A model generated the notes under the pieces. It was not told the DNA's origin, ran no database searches, and saw only the letters and a program-made list of their open reading frames with translations. Shown here piece after piece: positions 10,144-23,577 of a DNA stretch of 64,000 bases. Made by a program: the position numbers and the translations under genes. The stretch is taken from the NCBI GenBank assembly GCA_020891255.1, contig BQFW01000008.1, positions 2,356,001-2,420,000 of the forward strand. The letters run 5' to 3'. How positions within the stretch are numbered: position 1 is the first letter of the stretch; every line of letters begins with the position of its first letter. Source of the stretch: Entomortierella parvispora E1425 (lineage: Eukaryota; Fungi; Mortierellomycota).

Positions 10144-13100
10144 ATGTCCGGCCGTCCCCGGCGCGACCATGATGACTCTAACATGCAGTCAGATCAGCAC
10201 GAGCACGCCTCCTCGCGTCCAATGAGGGTCGCAGCCATGCGTCCAGAAAACCAAGAGTTCAAGGTGGCGGGCGAGGACTTTGGAGGTCTGCGACAGAAAG
10301 TCCAGCCTGGCACCCACGAGGGCGCCCTTACTGACGAGAAGGGGTTCGCTCTTCCTTTGGGTAACTAACAGGGGCTTCAGAGCCTAATGCTGTTGATACC
10401 AACGTTTCTCCTGACCTCAATATCGCTTGTGTACTATGTTTGTAGACAAGGTTGTCGTCCAGGAGATCACTGCCGGTCGCAAGGGGTCAGAGCCCATCAA
10501 CCATTTGCACCAAAGTCTGGAGCATCATGTAAAGGTCGGTTTGAACAGGCCATCCTTGACCATCTTCAGCTCCATGGGCGGCGGTCGCAATACTTCCTCA
10601 ACTGAGATTGATTTTGGTGGAGCCGGTGGCAACAGCAAGGGCGCCAACAAGGATAACGGGCCAAAGGAGTTTGAGTACCGTGAGGAGGACTTCCAGCCTT
10701 TGAGCCCCCAAAGCAACTTGAAGCAGCAGTAAGTTGATGGCTCTCTCGATAGAGCTACCTTTGACGTTTGCTTTAGCTTCTTGATCTGCTCCCAACGCAA
10801 GTGTAACGTTTAAACGTTCTGTTCTCATAGTGGCTCCCAGGGTGTAGGAAGTGGTCGCATTGGATCATGGGCCATGGATCATCGCCCTGTCCAACACAAG
10901 AGGTTTGTCATCCTTGAGAAGGATGAAGTAAACAAAAATAACTCAATGGTAGACTGACCCATGTTCTCTTTGTTTATTAGTCAACATGCCGACTCTGACT
11001 CGTCTTACCTTGGTTTGACTCCTTCGTTTTTCAAGACGCAGCCATCTGCCCCCAATGACAACGCTACTCCAGGTGTGCACCTCCATCACCTTGCCGCTCT
11101 CCATGATATTGAGGGCCACCATGCCCCTGCTACGCGCCAGTCTGGTACTCAGCAGCAGCAGCAGCAGAACTCCCATGACCAGCTTCAGAGTCATTCTCGT
11201 ACCGTAACTACTCACCGTCCCTTGAAAGACTCTTACCAGGCGGATGATGAGAGCGAAGATCCCATTGATCACCATCTGCACCAGCACCATATCGTCGGCC
11301 ATCCATCCTCCACACGCAGAGCTCAACCCGCGCACCATGAGCCCTTAAACGCTCCTGTTCACCTGGTCCCCGCTCCTGTTAAGCACAGCCAGCAAGCGCA
11401 GCACAAGTCTGCTGCTCCTGCTAACGCGAGTGCCTTCCCTTCGACCAAGTTGTCCAAGAAGCAAGCGTCTAAGAAGCACCAGCAGCAGCGAGAGCACCCT
11501 GACCGTCAGCAAGACCACGCTCCAGCTTCAGCTCACCATGCTCCCCCCGAGGTCCACCCTGACCCAATGCACCGTGCCCACGCTGCACCAATCTACCACT
11601 CTCCTTCAGCTACTGCCCCCGCTCCCGCTCCAGCTCAAGCCCACCATTCCCATGCCCCAGTGCATCAAGCCGCTGCCCCTGCCCACCATTCTGTGATCCA
11701 CCAGTCAGCCATGCCGCCAGTTCATCACGATGCACCAGCACACCACTCGGCCCCCGAACATCATTTCCCTGCCGAGCACATTGCACCAGTGCATCGTCAG
11801 GCTCCTGTGGTAGCCCACCCAGACCCCATGCACCTTGCTCACTCGGCTCCAGTCTACCATGCTCCATCATCGACTGGTGCCCCCGCCTCTCATGGACCCA
11901 CTGGAGCCTCTCATCATGCGCCTACTCATATCGAGACCATTCACATGCCGTATCACGCACCTGCTGCCGGCACCTCCGCTCCAGCCTACGGCTTTAACGC
12001 CCCGCACGGAGCACACACCGTTATCCAGAGTGCAACAGCTATTAAACCTGATTCAGCAGCTGCACCAGTACATCAGGTCCCCGTCTCTACCCACAAGCCA
12101 GTCTTGTCCTTGGGAAAGAGCCATGATGAACCAGTCCATCAGACCCCAGTTGTCCCAGTATTGTCGCATGCCGACGCCGCTGGATTGCATGCAGCCTCGT
12201 ACCCTTCATTTGCCCACCATGCCCCTGAGCCAGCTCTTCTTCCAACTCACCCCCCTGCTCAACGTGGGCCATCGGAGGTCCAAGAGGCTCATACTCAGCA
12301 TCCCCAGAATCCAGCTCATGATGCAGCTGTTGCTTTTCAGCACCACGCCCCCACACAGGCGCATCCTCACGCTGCCACTGGGGTGCCTAAGCATGCTAAG
12401 AAGCCGAGCAAGCGCGAGCGCAAAGCCGCAAAGAAGCATGACGCCTCCAAACGCCAGAGTGTAATGGAGAGTATTAGCTCCGCTCTTGTTGGTCGTCGCA
12501 AGAACTCGGTTTCCACACCTGTGATGCGGCTCAATGAAATCTTTGATGAGCCTGATGGTGCCCAGTCTACCCAGGAGCATGGCCCTTCAGCTGCTGTCGC
12601 TTCAGCTGCTGCTGTTGCTGGAGGTATCCGCACCCTTTTGGGGTCGATCCACATGCCTGCCATGATTTCCAGACATCCCTCTGAGGCCCACGCCATTCAT
12701 TCGCAGGAGGCACCTAAGCTGGGCGCTACATCTGCACACGGTAATGCCACGGCTTCTCACCATGCTCCAGAGCAAGTTCCATCCAAGGCCGCAGCCTTGA
12801 AGACCCCCAGGTTGGATCTTAGCCTCTTCCCTGAGGAGCAGGCTAACTACCCTCGCGGCGAGGCTTCCAAGCACGAGAACCCTGCACACCCAAACAACAT
12901 TGTTGACGTGACCGAAATCAATTATCGGGCCCACCCTGTGCCCCAGCACCAATTGCGCCATGATGCCGCAGCCTTGAAGACCCCCAAGTTGGATCTTAGC
13001 CTCTTCCCTGAGGAGCAGGCCAACTACCCTCGCGGCGAGGCTTCCAAGCATGAGAACCCTGCGCACCCAAACAACATTGTTGACGTAACCGAAATCCATG

Positions 13101-16100
13101 ACCAGGCCCACCCTGAGCCCCAGCACCATCAGCACAAACAGCATCATGGCGCAATTAGTGCAGCTGCAATTGGTGCAGCTGCAATTCCTTTGGCAGCTAA
13201 ATCACCCATGATTTTGAATCTGCACCACAACCAGCAGCAGGCACAGACCCACTCTGCCCACGACTCTTCGACAGCGCCTGCGGCCCATGCTCAAATGCAC
13301 CATTCCACGGCGGCAGCACTCAGATCGCCCAAAGTGCCTTTGGGACTCTTCCCTGAAGAAGAAGAGGACTATCCTCGCGGCGCAGATTATCACCACGAGA
13401 ACCGGCCTGCAGGCCCACAGGGTCATCCTGTTGCCATCAAGGAGATTCAGCTCGATGCTGTTCACCAGCATGCTCACCACGATCTTCACCCAACGATGAC
13501 TGAGCATCATGGTGTAATTGGTGCCGCTGCAATTGGTGCTGCTGCAACTCCTTTGGCAGCTAAATCACCTATGGTTTTGAATCTGCACCAGAACCAACAG
13601 CAAGCGCAGACCCACTCTGCCCACGGCTCTTCGACAGCGCCTGCAGCCCACGTTCAAATGCACCATTCCACGGCGGCAGCGCTCAGATCACCCAAAGTGC
13701 CTTTGGGACTCTTCCCTGAAGAAGAAGAGGACTATCCTCGCGGTGCAGATTATCACCACGAGAACCGGCCTGCAGGCCCACAGGGTCATCCTGTTGTTAT
13801 CAAGGAGATTCAGCTCGATGCTGCTCACCAGCATGGTCACCACGATCTTCACTCAACGATGACTGAGCATCATGGCGCAATTGGTGCTGCTGCAATTGGT
13901 GCTGCTGCAATTCCTTTGGCAGCTAAAGCACCTATGATTTTGAATCTGCACCAGAATCAACAGCAGGCACAGACCCACTCTGCCCACGGCTCTTCGACAG
14001 CGCCTGCAGCCCACGTTCAAATGCACCATTCCACGGCGGCAGCGCTCAGATCACCCAAAGTGCCTTTGGGACTCTTCCCTGAAGAAGAAGAGGACTATCC
14101 TCGCGGTGCAGATTATCACCACGAGAACCGGCCCGCAGGCCCACAGGGTCATCCTGTTGTTATCAAGGAGATTCAGCTCGATGCTGCTCACCAGCATGGT
14201 CACCACGATCTTCACCCAACGATGACTGAGACCGTCACAGAGGTGGTGGAGCAAGGCTTGGAGGAACTTAGCCATAGTCTCGAAGGCGCGTCGGCTGCGG
14301 TCGAGCATGGGTTGGAGGAGCTTGGCCATGGTATCGAAGGTATTTGGACCATGCTTGAGGGTATTCATCTCCCTGCCATCCCCTCCCTGGCTGCTCCAGC
14401 GGCTACGGCTGCTGTCGCTGCCACGGCAGCCCGTCGTGCTGCAGCCCCTGCCACGCACTCTGCTCCAGTGCATGCTTCAGTACATGCCCCAGTCCATACT
14501 GCTCCCACTCCTTCCAACACGATGAATTCGGCCAAGGAGCCTGAGATGTCCGCTTTGCCTTTGATGTATGGAACCCCTGTCAGTCATGCCGCTCCTTCAA
14601 CCGCCCCAACTAAGCGTGAGCATCACGGTGAGTACTAAAGGCTCTAATACCCCAGAATGCATTGTACCTTCAGTTTCTAATTGTTTCCTCTTTTTTTTAC
14701 GTTGATCTCTGCGTCCCTGTATTCCCAATCCATTCTGCTTCAGTTCAAGGTGCTGCTCCTGTCCACGCTATTGCTTCAACCTATTTTGCTGCACCTATCG
14801 TCCCTGTCTACATTGGTACGAGAAAATTTTGGAAAGATCTACTAATATAAATGAGGGTTGCAACTAACTTTCTATTTCTGATGCACAGAGCCTACCGTTC
14901 ATAGTGGCCAGGAGCCCATCAAGGCAGCCTCTGCGTCGAGCCAGCATCAGTTGCACCAGGCTGAGGGACACAAGTTTACACCTAGCGAGCATCATAGCCG
15001 TGGCATGGAAATTCACGGCTTGTCTGATGAAGAGAATTATTACTCAGCCAAGGACATCCATTCCCCTGCTCTCGCTTCTGGTTCGACTAATCTCCTAATC
15101 AACAGAAAGTATGAGAATGTTTCTGTCCTTCCACCCACCCAGTCGTCTGCCCACGGCAGCCATGCCTCCACTTCTTATTACGCCGCTCCAGTGGCTGCTA
15201 CCGCCTTGGCTTCTGCTGCTATTCCCGCGGCTGTTCATCATCACCAAGCCGCTGCACCTGCGTCTGCGGCCAGGATTCCAATTGCTCAGCCTCCTACCGA
15301 GCTTAAGACTGCGCCCAAGGTCGAGGGTCAAAAGACTTCCCAGGCACACCACGCGGCCGCTCGTGTTCCCCATGTTTCCCAGGCTCCCACGCAGCAGCAC
15401 CGTACCGCCGCCCCTATTGCATCGGCTCATCACCACTCTGCCTCTGCCACTATTCTGGCTGCCGCGCCATTGATGGGTGCTGCAGCAGCTGGCGTCAAGG
15501 ATGATGACCTCTTGATCATGGAGGCCACGGAAAAGAAGGCGCCTATCCACGCAGCCTCTGGTTCTACTTTTGCAATGCAGCAACAGGGATATTCTGCTCG
15601 CATCCCACAGCAGGCACCCATCCAGCAGCAGCATGCACAGGCTCCAAAGTCCTCCAACGCTCCAATTGCTCCTGGTGATCATGTGGTGATGATGAAGAAG
15701 ACCACCACTACAACTGTGCTCCCCGCGAACGTTCCTCTTCCCAATGATAGCCCCGTCTTGGCCCCCACTCCAGGAGTCAAGTCTTTGGACACGACTGTAA
15801 TCCCCACTTTGCGTGGTGAAAACATTGTTGTTCAGGCCACAGCGGCTCCAAAGCCCAACGCTGATCTCTCTCAGCGTCTTGGCAACGTTGCTGCACCAGC
15901 TGCGGCCGCTGTAGCAGCAGCTTCGGCCTACGCTGCTTCCACATCCTCGAAGGCGCCACTTGCTTCTGCCCCCAAGCTCAAGTTGTCAATGCATGAGCAG
16001 GATGTTCCCAAGCCTACGCCTCTTCAGGCCCACCACCCTATGATCCCTGCTACGCAGAACATCAAGACGACTAGCAAAGACGCAGAGACAGTCGCGAACG

Positions 16101-17095
16101 CACCCAGACCTGCCATTCCTCATCAGCAGGGTAAGCCCGCTGAAGTCCAGGCTATCAAGACCACGACCACGTCGACGGTTCAGGACCTGGGAGCCAAGCC
16201 CGTGGCGATCGAGGTCAAGACCTCCAAGCCCGTCACTGTCGAGATGCCCTCGAAGCCCATTGTGGCCGCTGCCGCTGCGGCCCCCATTGTTGCTGCTCAT
16301 GAAATCCAACAGCCTGCCGTGCAAATGCAGAAGACCACGACCACGACCACTCCTGCACCAGCCTCTGCCTCGGTTCAAGCTAACAGGCCCGTGATCGTAG
16401 AAACTCATCATGTCCAGCAGCCCACTGCGCAAATGCAAAAGACCACGACCGCCGCCACTACCACTGGACCTGCTCCAGTTCCAGCTGCTCGTCCTGCGAT
16501 GGCCGCTGCGGCCGCTATCCCCATCGCGGCCGCCGCCGCTTCGACTTTGAACAAGAGCTCCACAACCACGACCACTGCCGCTCATCAACAGCAAGCACCG
16601 ACCGTTCCTCAGCAGCAGATTCAGCAGCAGCCTCTCTGCACGTCCGCCACTACTGGCACCACTGAGACAACTACTGTGGAGTGCCCCGCTGGTTACCAAG
16701 GAGCTCTCCCCGTGATCCACTCAGGAGAGTCTATCATCTGGGTCAAGAAGGTGTCCACGACCGAGGAGTTCTATGACTCGGAGGAAGAGGATGATCAGAA
16801 ATTGGACGAGTTTGGCCACCGAAAGGACCGTGATGTTTCCTTGCACCTGCCTTACTCTGTGACGCATGCATCGGGTCGTCGTACTTCTAGCGGTTCTATG
16901 AGCTCGGGCAATAGCCAGGGTCTCAGCCAGAATGTCTACAACGGTGCCAATGCGCCTCAGCAGCAGGGACAAGGCCAGAGCATCGATTACGATCTCCAGA
17001 ACCAAGCTCGCGCCCAACAACAGCAGCAGTACGCCGGCATCAGTGACCACAATGCCAACCGTACTCAGTCCTCTGGTCGCGGACCTGCTATGTAA
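10144..17095 (+). CDS. Giant (~2,165 aa) His/Ala/Pro/Gln-rich low-complexity protein with internal tandem repeats; function unknown
   Basis: Exons 10144-10360, 10446-10728, 10831-10902, 10981-14627, 14744-14815 and 14889-17095 join in frame at GT-AG sites, uniting four separate ORF-track entries. An in-frame upstream ATG exists at 10099. Confidence 0.75.
12788..13141 (+). repeat. Two-copy 177-bp (59-aa) coding tandem repeat
   Basis: gccgcagccttgaagacccc at 12788 and 12965; the peptide AAALKTPxLDLSLFPEEQANYPRGEASKHENPAHPNNIVDVTEI occurs twice. Confidence 0.9.
13141..14229 (+). repeat. Three-copy 363-bp (121-aa) coding tandem repeat
   Basis: gcatcatgg starts at 13141, 13504 and 13867; cagatc(g/a)cccaaagtgcc at 13321, 13684 and 14047. 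The copies are near-identical. Confidence 0.92.
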
Positions 17096-17358
17096 AGAAA
17101 ACGAAATTGAAACCGATAATTTTCTGAATGCTACTTACTTTCTCATGCTTTGACAAAAGCTGAACGAGGAAAGCACCAATAAAAAAGGACTGAAAAAAGC
17201 CAAAAAAAAAAAAAAAAAAAAAATAAAGAAAAGGAAAAAAAAGTATACTTTCGTGGCCTTTCTATCTATGGAATGGATATAGAGATGGGGTTCTTGTAGC
17301 AATCGCAAGTGGGTGGTGGATGTATATTTTTGATTGACTATGATGCTGATGCGCAAAC

Positions 17359-19269
17359 TCATTTTGTTTTGGATGCGAGTTCAGCAGCACTGTCGGCAGC
17401 AGCGGGCTTTTTGGAGCCAGACGAAGAGATGGAATACAAGACTGTGCCCAGAAGCACCAGACTAGAGCCCACCATCATCTCAAATCCGAATCCGTTTTCA
17501 AAGTACAAGACCGAGATCAGCAATGAGCTGAATTTTCGAAGGTTGAGGATGAAGTTCAAGGTCAAGGCGGAGGAGAGCGAGGTCAAACGGTGAACTCCAG
17601 AAATACACATAAATCTAAACAAAAAAAAAAAAGGGGGGAATCAAGGTTAGATCAAGGGAATGTTAGTCATTTCAAGAAAGAAGATCATCCCCCTTGAGCT
17701 GAAGCTAAAAGCTCTTTGTCATCGCGTAAAAGGTCGCTGATCATTTGTTTTCGATGACTTACTGAGTGAGAGTGTTGACGGCCAAAAAGATCCATAGCCG
17801 AGGTACGGTCACTGAGCTAAGTTTGTAGGCAATTGAGCTTGGGAGGTAAGGACCAATCTGTCGTACCAATTGAAGGACGGGGATGGGTGTCGACTTGTTA
17901 AAGATCCGAACTTGTTCCAAAATATCGCTGTAGAATAAAAGGAACATGGGCAGTGCCAGGAAATGCTATTTGTGAAGAATATAAATAAAAATTAGCATGC
18001 GTGGGAGACTTACAGTGAGAGCGCATCGGCAGTAGAGATCACACAAAGTACAAAGATGGATCAAAGGCAACCTACAGAGTAGAAAAGCCCCTCGCGCCAT
18101 TCGGCTCCATAGGTCTGATATGTAGACTCTTGCAACAATCCCATGAGTGACGAGACAATCAACGCAATCGTGAGCATGAATACACCGATTGCATAGTCCC
18201 CAGTGCTAACGGTATCGGATGCGGGTTTTGATGATGATGATGAACCACTACTGGCTTTGGCACTGGTAGTGGCATAGATGACTCCAATGGTCACGACAAC
18301 GACAGCAAAGATCTGCGATGCGCTATATCGTTTCTTCATCAAGATCATACCCAGAACCATGCCGACCATCAGCCCCCCCGAACGAAAGATGATATGGAGT
18401 GGGACTGAAATCTTGTAGGCAAGCGACAGGTTGTTAAGAACCGAGACTGTGAAGAACATGACGACAATGGCCAGCCATCGAGTCAGAGGGATCTTTCGGG
18501 CCTTCAGATGGGGTATATATCTCCAGAATCCATGATCGAGAGTGGTGGTGGTGGTTGTTGTGGTTGTCGATCCGGGGGTACTGGATATCCGGGGGGATGA
18601 TACGCTCTCTGTTCCTGACCATTTCTCCTGCACGATGGGCCACTGCAGATGCATGTAGAGACCATAGGCAGAAACACAGATGAACTGTGCAAAGGTGATC
18701 ATTTGGCCTAATGAAATAGATTCCACAGTGAGCGGCGCGTTTATGGTTAGTACGACCGACCTGTGTGCAACATTGCTGTGTAAATAGGGATATTCTTGAC
18801 GAGATCTTGAGAGTGCAATCCTTACCACTCTTGGGCGCGTCACTGTAGTTCAGGGGAACACGACGAGAGAAGACAAAGGTTAGTCTTTTTCTCTTCTCTT
18901 CATGATGGTTGTTCATTCCATTCTGCCTCATTCCATGCTTCGAAAGGCAAGTCCATGAGATGCATCATGCCGAGGATGGGAGGAAGGAAGGATCTTGCTT
19001 TAACATTACTTGACGAGGATCTCGAGAGCAAAGACGTTGCTGCAGCAGCCACCAAAGATCATGGTTCCGATCAAGACCCAGTCGTGCAGGGAGACCTGCA
19101 GCGTTGCTGCGGCCCATTCCTTCCACGAGTTCTGACGCTTCTGAAGAGTTGCTGGTCGGGGGACCTTGCTGTCCGTGTTTGGGATGGAGGTCGAAGTGGT
19201 GGTAGCAGTGACAGTGACAGCCTCTGCGACGATGCGATGGCGCAGACTGCGGTCGTGGTCCTTGTCCAT
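17359..19269 (-). CDS. YEA4: UDP-N-acetylglucosamine/UDP-xylose nucleotide-sugar transporter (Yea4/SLC35B4 family); multi-exon
   Basis: IFGGCCSNVFALE, ITFAQF, ISVPLHIIFRSGG, YGAEWREGLFYS and LTLNFILNLRKFSSLLIS motifs, with multiple transmembrane segments. Confidence 0.88.
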
Positions 19270-19320
19270 CTGAGAAGGAGAGAGTGCTTGAGGCAGAGAG
19301 ACAGAGACGGAGAAGGGAAA

Positions 19321-19350
19321 GAGAATGAGAATGAGAATGAGAATGAGAAT
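19321..19350. repeat. (GAGAAT)5 microsatellite in the 383-bp divergent YEA4/EMC1 intergenic region
   Basis: Seen directly. Confidence 0.85.
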
Positions 19351-19652
19351 GAAGAAAAGACACACACACATATGCGACGCACATATACATAGCCAGAGCA
19401 CGCCACCAATCCCTTTCCGCCCCTTTTCCCCTTCCTCCTCAATTGCAGCAGCCGCGACAGACAGCATACTGTGACTGTCTCTCCTTGGCCATCATCATCA
19501 TCACCATTCTCACGCGTTCATCTCTTTTCTTTCTCTATCATCTTCATCATCTTCATCTTCATCATCGGCACTGTCATCTCTTCTCGTCTGCTCAAACGGA
19601 CCTGACTGATAACTGTTTCCTCTCCCCCTCCCTTCCATCCCTTCCCCGAGAT

Positions 19653-22600
19653 ATGGCTACATCATCACGGAGGACTGCGGCTGTCTCGTCCCTGTCGTGG
19701 CGAGCATGCATCTCTGTCCTCTTACTCGCCCTCCTTGCCTCCACTGTCCTGGCCCTTGAGGAGGCCCAAAAGGGTGTCATTGACTGGTACGGTTGACCCT
19801 ACCTCCCCGACAGCCTTTGAATGAATGCTGCTCCAAGCTCCCTCTCTCTCCCCTCTCTCTCTCCCCCCCTCTCTCTATCCTTCTGATTCCGGAGACGCGT
19901 TGCCCTAACTGTGCTCTGTATTGATTGCTCCTTGTACTTAGGCACCACAAGTGGATCGGCACCCCTCACCTTACAGCACCCCAGCGCACCGTCCGAGGAT
20001 CAAACACGGTTTTTGTTGCCACCGACAAGAACACTGTTGCTGCCCTCAGAGCAAAGTCAGGAGAGCTCGGTATGTAGATCCCAAAGTTGATGGCGTCCAC
20101 CCCCGATCTGACCTACTCTTTATGAGGCTAGCCATTAACCGATCTGTACTTGCATGTCCCTGTTATGATAGTTTGGCGCCAAGTTCTCAGCAAAGACGAA
20201 ACTGTCCATGATATCCGAGCTGTCGGAGGAAGTAAGTGGACTTATATCATGATGGACCAGGGTTGCTGAACTACTTTCTGGTGCTGACAACAAATATTTA
20301 TTGATGAATAGACCTCTTGACCTTGTCTGGAACAAGCCAGTTCCATGCCCGCCTTTTGGATGCCAAGACTGGACAGCCTCTCTGGGACTTTTCTCCAGCT
20401 GGAGAGGGATCAATCCCTGAACTCAACTTTGGTCAGGCTGTCACCGTTACCAGCGAGGACTCCAACTTGATCATCCTCAACCAAGGACGTCATGTTCGCA
20501 AAATCGGATCAAAGTCTGGCATGGAATCATGGCACTGGAAGGCAGAGGAAGGATCTGCCACCACCTACTTTTCAGTGTTGGAGGCAAAGGGCTTTGGCAA
20601 CCACGAACATGTTGTCTATGTTATGGGCTTGACCCGCGGTGTGGCTGCATTCCAGCTTGAGATTGTCGCCTTGGACTCGCAGAACGGAAACGTGATCAAG
20701 AGCTTCAACGCCCGCTCCAGCATTAGTACTTTTGAGGATGTCTTGACTCTCGGAGGTGGATCGAACGGAAAGAACGGCTACATTGCATGGTTGGAGAACG
20801 ACAACCTGAAGGTCCTCACCCTTGGAACTGACAAGATCACGCAGACCAGTTTGAAGGTAATTCTCGGATTGAAATGAAGGCTTGACGTCGGTTGCGGTCC
20901 GAATTCAAAGCCTTGAAACGACACTCACATCATCTCTCTTGTAAATCGACAGTCTTTTCAGGCCGAGATTTCCAGCTTTGGCGACCTCGTCTCCAAGCTT
21001 GATTTCGTCAGCTTGCGCTTGCCCGAAGGTCACACAGAGTTCTTGCTTTCTGGAACTGTAGGCGAATATCACGATGCCAGGAGCAGCGGTCTCTTCGATA
21101 TTGACGAAAAAACAGGAAGAGCCGAGGCATTGTTCGACTTTGGCGAGCGCACAGGATTTTCGACTTACTCTGCTACCACCAAGCCTGGTACCGATGAGGT
21201 TGTCGTTTTGAGAGCCTTCCGAGGAGATTCTGACATTGGTGTCTTGGAGTTGGTGGATGTCAACACTCGTGAGACTACCCTTCAGCAGCAGATCCCTCTT
21301 GAATACGAGACGTTTGCCCACTTCACCTTTGCTTCCTTGGAGCTGTTCTCCAAGGGCCAGGGTGTGCAAACTCGTGTCTACTTCTCAACCTCCGATGGCT
21401 CATTCCATGCCTACTCTGATATCGAATCTGAGCGCTGGTACCGCGAGGAATCCTTGGCCTACATCAAGGATGTGGAGTTTGTGGATTTGCCCGAGCGCAA
21501 GCTTTGGACTCAGGATGTGAACGAGGCTGGACACCAAAAGTCGAGCCGAAATGTCACAATCGTCGAACGCTACCTTGAGCGCTTGAGCTCGCACGTTTTG
21601 CAGCTCAAGAGCCTTCCCGCCTTCTTGATCTCGTACGCCAACCCCTCCTCGCTCTTCACCAAGGCACCTGTTGCTGTCGACTATTCTGAAGTTCAAATTG
21701 GAGCTGCCAACAGAACTATCCCTTCTCTCTACCGTGACCAGTTTGGACTCCGCAAGATTCTCGTCTTCAGCACTGACAAGGGCAAGATGGTCGCCGTGGA
21801 CTCTGGCAGTAAGGGCCAGATCGTATGGAGCCGTTACTTTGGCTATGGTCATGACATCAAGGATGTCGTCGTTGTTCGTCAGGCCAATGTCCGTCTTCCC
21901 CCTGTCTTGGCTGTGATTGCCGAAACAGTCGATGGAGGAGTAAGTGCACTGTCCTTATTCTTTGTTTCTTTCTTTTCCTTTTGGCTGTCAAGATTGATTT
22001 TCCAAAATTAACATCTCTATCAATTTTCTAGAAAAACCGCGTTACCCGCATGTATCGCTTGAACGCCCTGACTGGTGAGGATTTCCGGTCCAACAACTTT
22101 TTCTTCCCCTCCTCGGCATGGATTCCCGCCGGATATGTTGCGACTTTCAAGGTTCCCATCGAAGATCCGGATGAGAAGACACACGTTCTGGTTCTTGTCG
22201 ACGACAGAATGCATATCACTACCTTCCCTAGCACTGATCCTGTCCAGCAGGCTTTCAAGGCCTTCTCGGATGATTTCTACTTCTTGTTGAAGAACAAGAT
22301 TGGTGCCAAGCAGCTCAAGGGATTCAAGCCCATTGTCACTGCTGATACTGACCGCATGGATGTCGAACCCACCTGGACTTTGCCTTTCCCTGAAGGCGAG
22401 GAAATCGTGGCTTTTGCCGAGAGACCCTCCTATGAAGTTATGGCCTCGCTCGGACGTGTCCTTGGCGACCGTGGCGTTCTGTACAAGTACCAGAACCCCA
22501 ACTACGCCACTGTTATTACCGTCAACAAAAAGCCCTCCCATGGTGGAGCAGCTCCATACCTGACCGTCTACCTTGTTGATGTTGTCACCGGCACCATTCT

Positions 22601-23410
22601 TCACCAGGCCACTCATGAAAATGTTGGATTGAATCGCCCCATCCTGGCCACTCAGTATGAGAACAATGTCGTCTACACATTCTGGTCTGAGGGAGACTCT
22701 TCCACCTCTTCCAAGGGTTACCAGGCCATCAGCTTGGAGTTGTACGAGAGCCGCGTCCGTAACCAGCGCAACAAGGATGAAAGCTTTACGTCCTTTGCTG
22801 GCGAGCTTCCCCATATCATTTCCCAAGCCTTCCCTTTCCCTTACACCCCCACCGCCATTGGAGTGACTTCGACCAAGGCTGGTATTTCGGCCAAGGATAT
22901 CCTCTTTGGATTGTCGCGCCAGTCTGTCATGTCGGTGAACAAGCGCTACCTGGACCCCCGTCGCCCCATCGGACCACCCTCGGCCTCGGACAAGGAGGAG
23001 ATGTTGATGCCATACAGCGCTCTCTCAGATGACCCCAGGATGTTTTTGTCCTATGATTTGGAGGTTGCTGGAGTCAAGAAGATCGTGACGGCACCCACCA
23101 TGCTCGAGTCCACAACCATCGTTGTTGCCTATGGCCAAGATTTGTTTGTGACCCGTCATGCGCCCTCCAAGACGTTTGATTTGTTGAACGAGGACTTTAG
23201 CAAGTCTCAGTTGATGTTGACGATGGTGGTCTTGACTGCGGTCATGTTCGTGACTGGACCCATGGTAAGGCAACAGCTTTCACATCTGGTCGACCCTGGC
23301 TTTTTTCTTTTTTTTTTTCTTTTTTCTGCAACGATATCTAACCCCCTGCCCCCATTTTGTTTTGTCGTTTCTAGATGCAGAAGAAGATGCTTAAGGAGCT
23401 GTGGTACTAA
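19653..23410 (+). CDS. EMC1: ER membrane protein complex subunit 1; multi-exon
   Basis: Signal peptide followed by ALEEAQKGVIDW|HHKWIG, PQQ-like beta-propeller region, C-terminal GVTSTKAGISAKDIL, DPRRP and VAYGQDLFVTRHAPSKTFDLLNEDF, a TM helix, and last exon MQKKMLKELWY*. Confidence 0.92.
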
Positions 23411-23577
23411 AGAAAAAAAAACGAGGAAGTCCAAGGAACGCAACCTACAGGAGAGGCAGCGACTCCGAGGAAGAAACCCACGACAATTTGTTGCACATGT
23501 ATTTGTTTTAGAAACCTGTTTTATATCGATAAAGAAGATTGAATTATCATCAAACAACCATCGGCTTTATTCTACTC

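Noticed and set aside
15095-16720. Long antisense or alternative-frame ORFs (also 22020-22826, 41306-41845, 50334-51188 and many others in the track)
   Set aside because: These are shadow ORFs opposite GC3-biased genuine exons and have no independent motifs.
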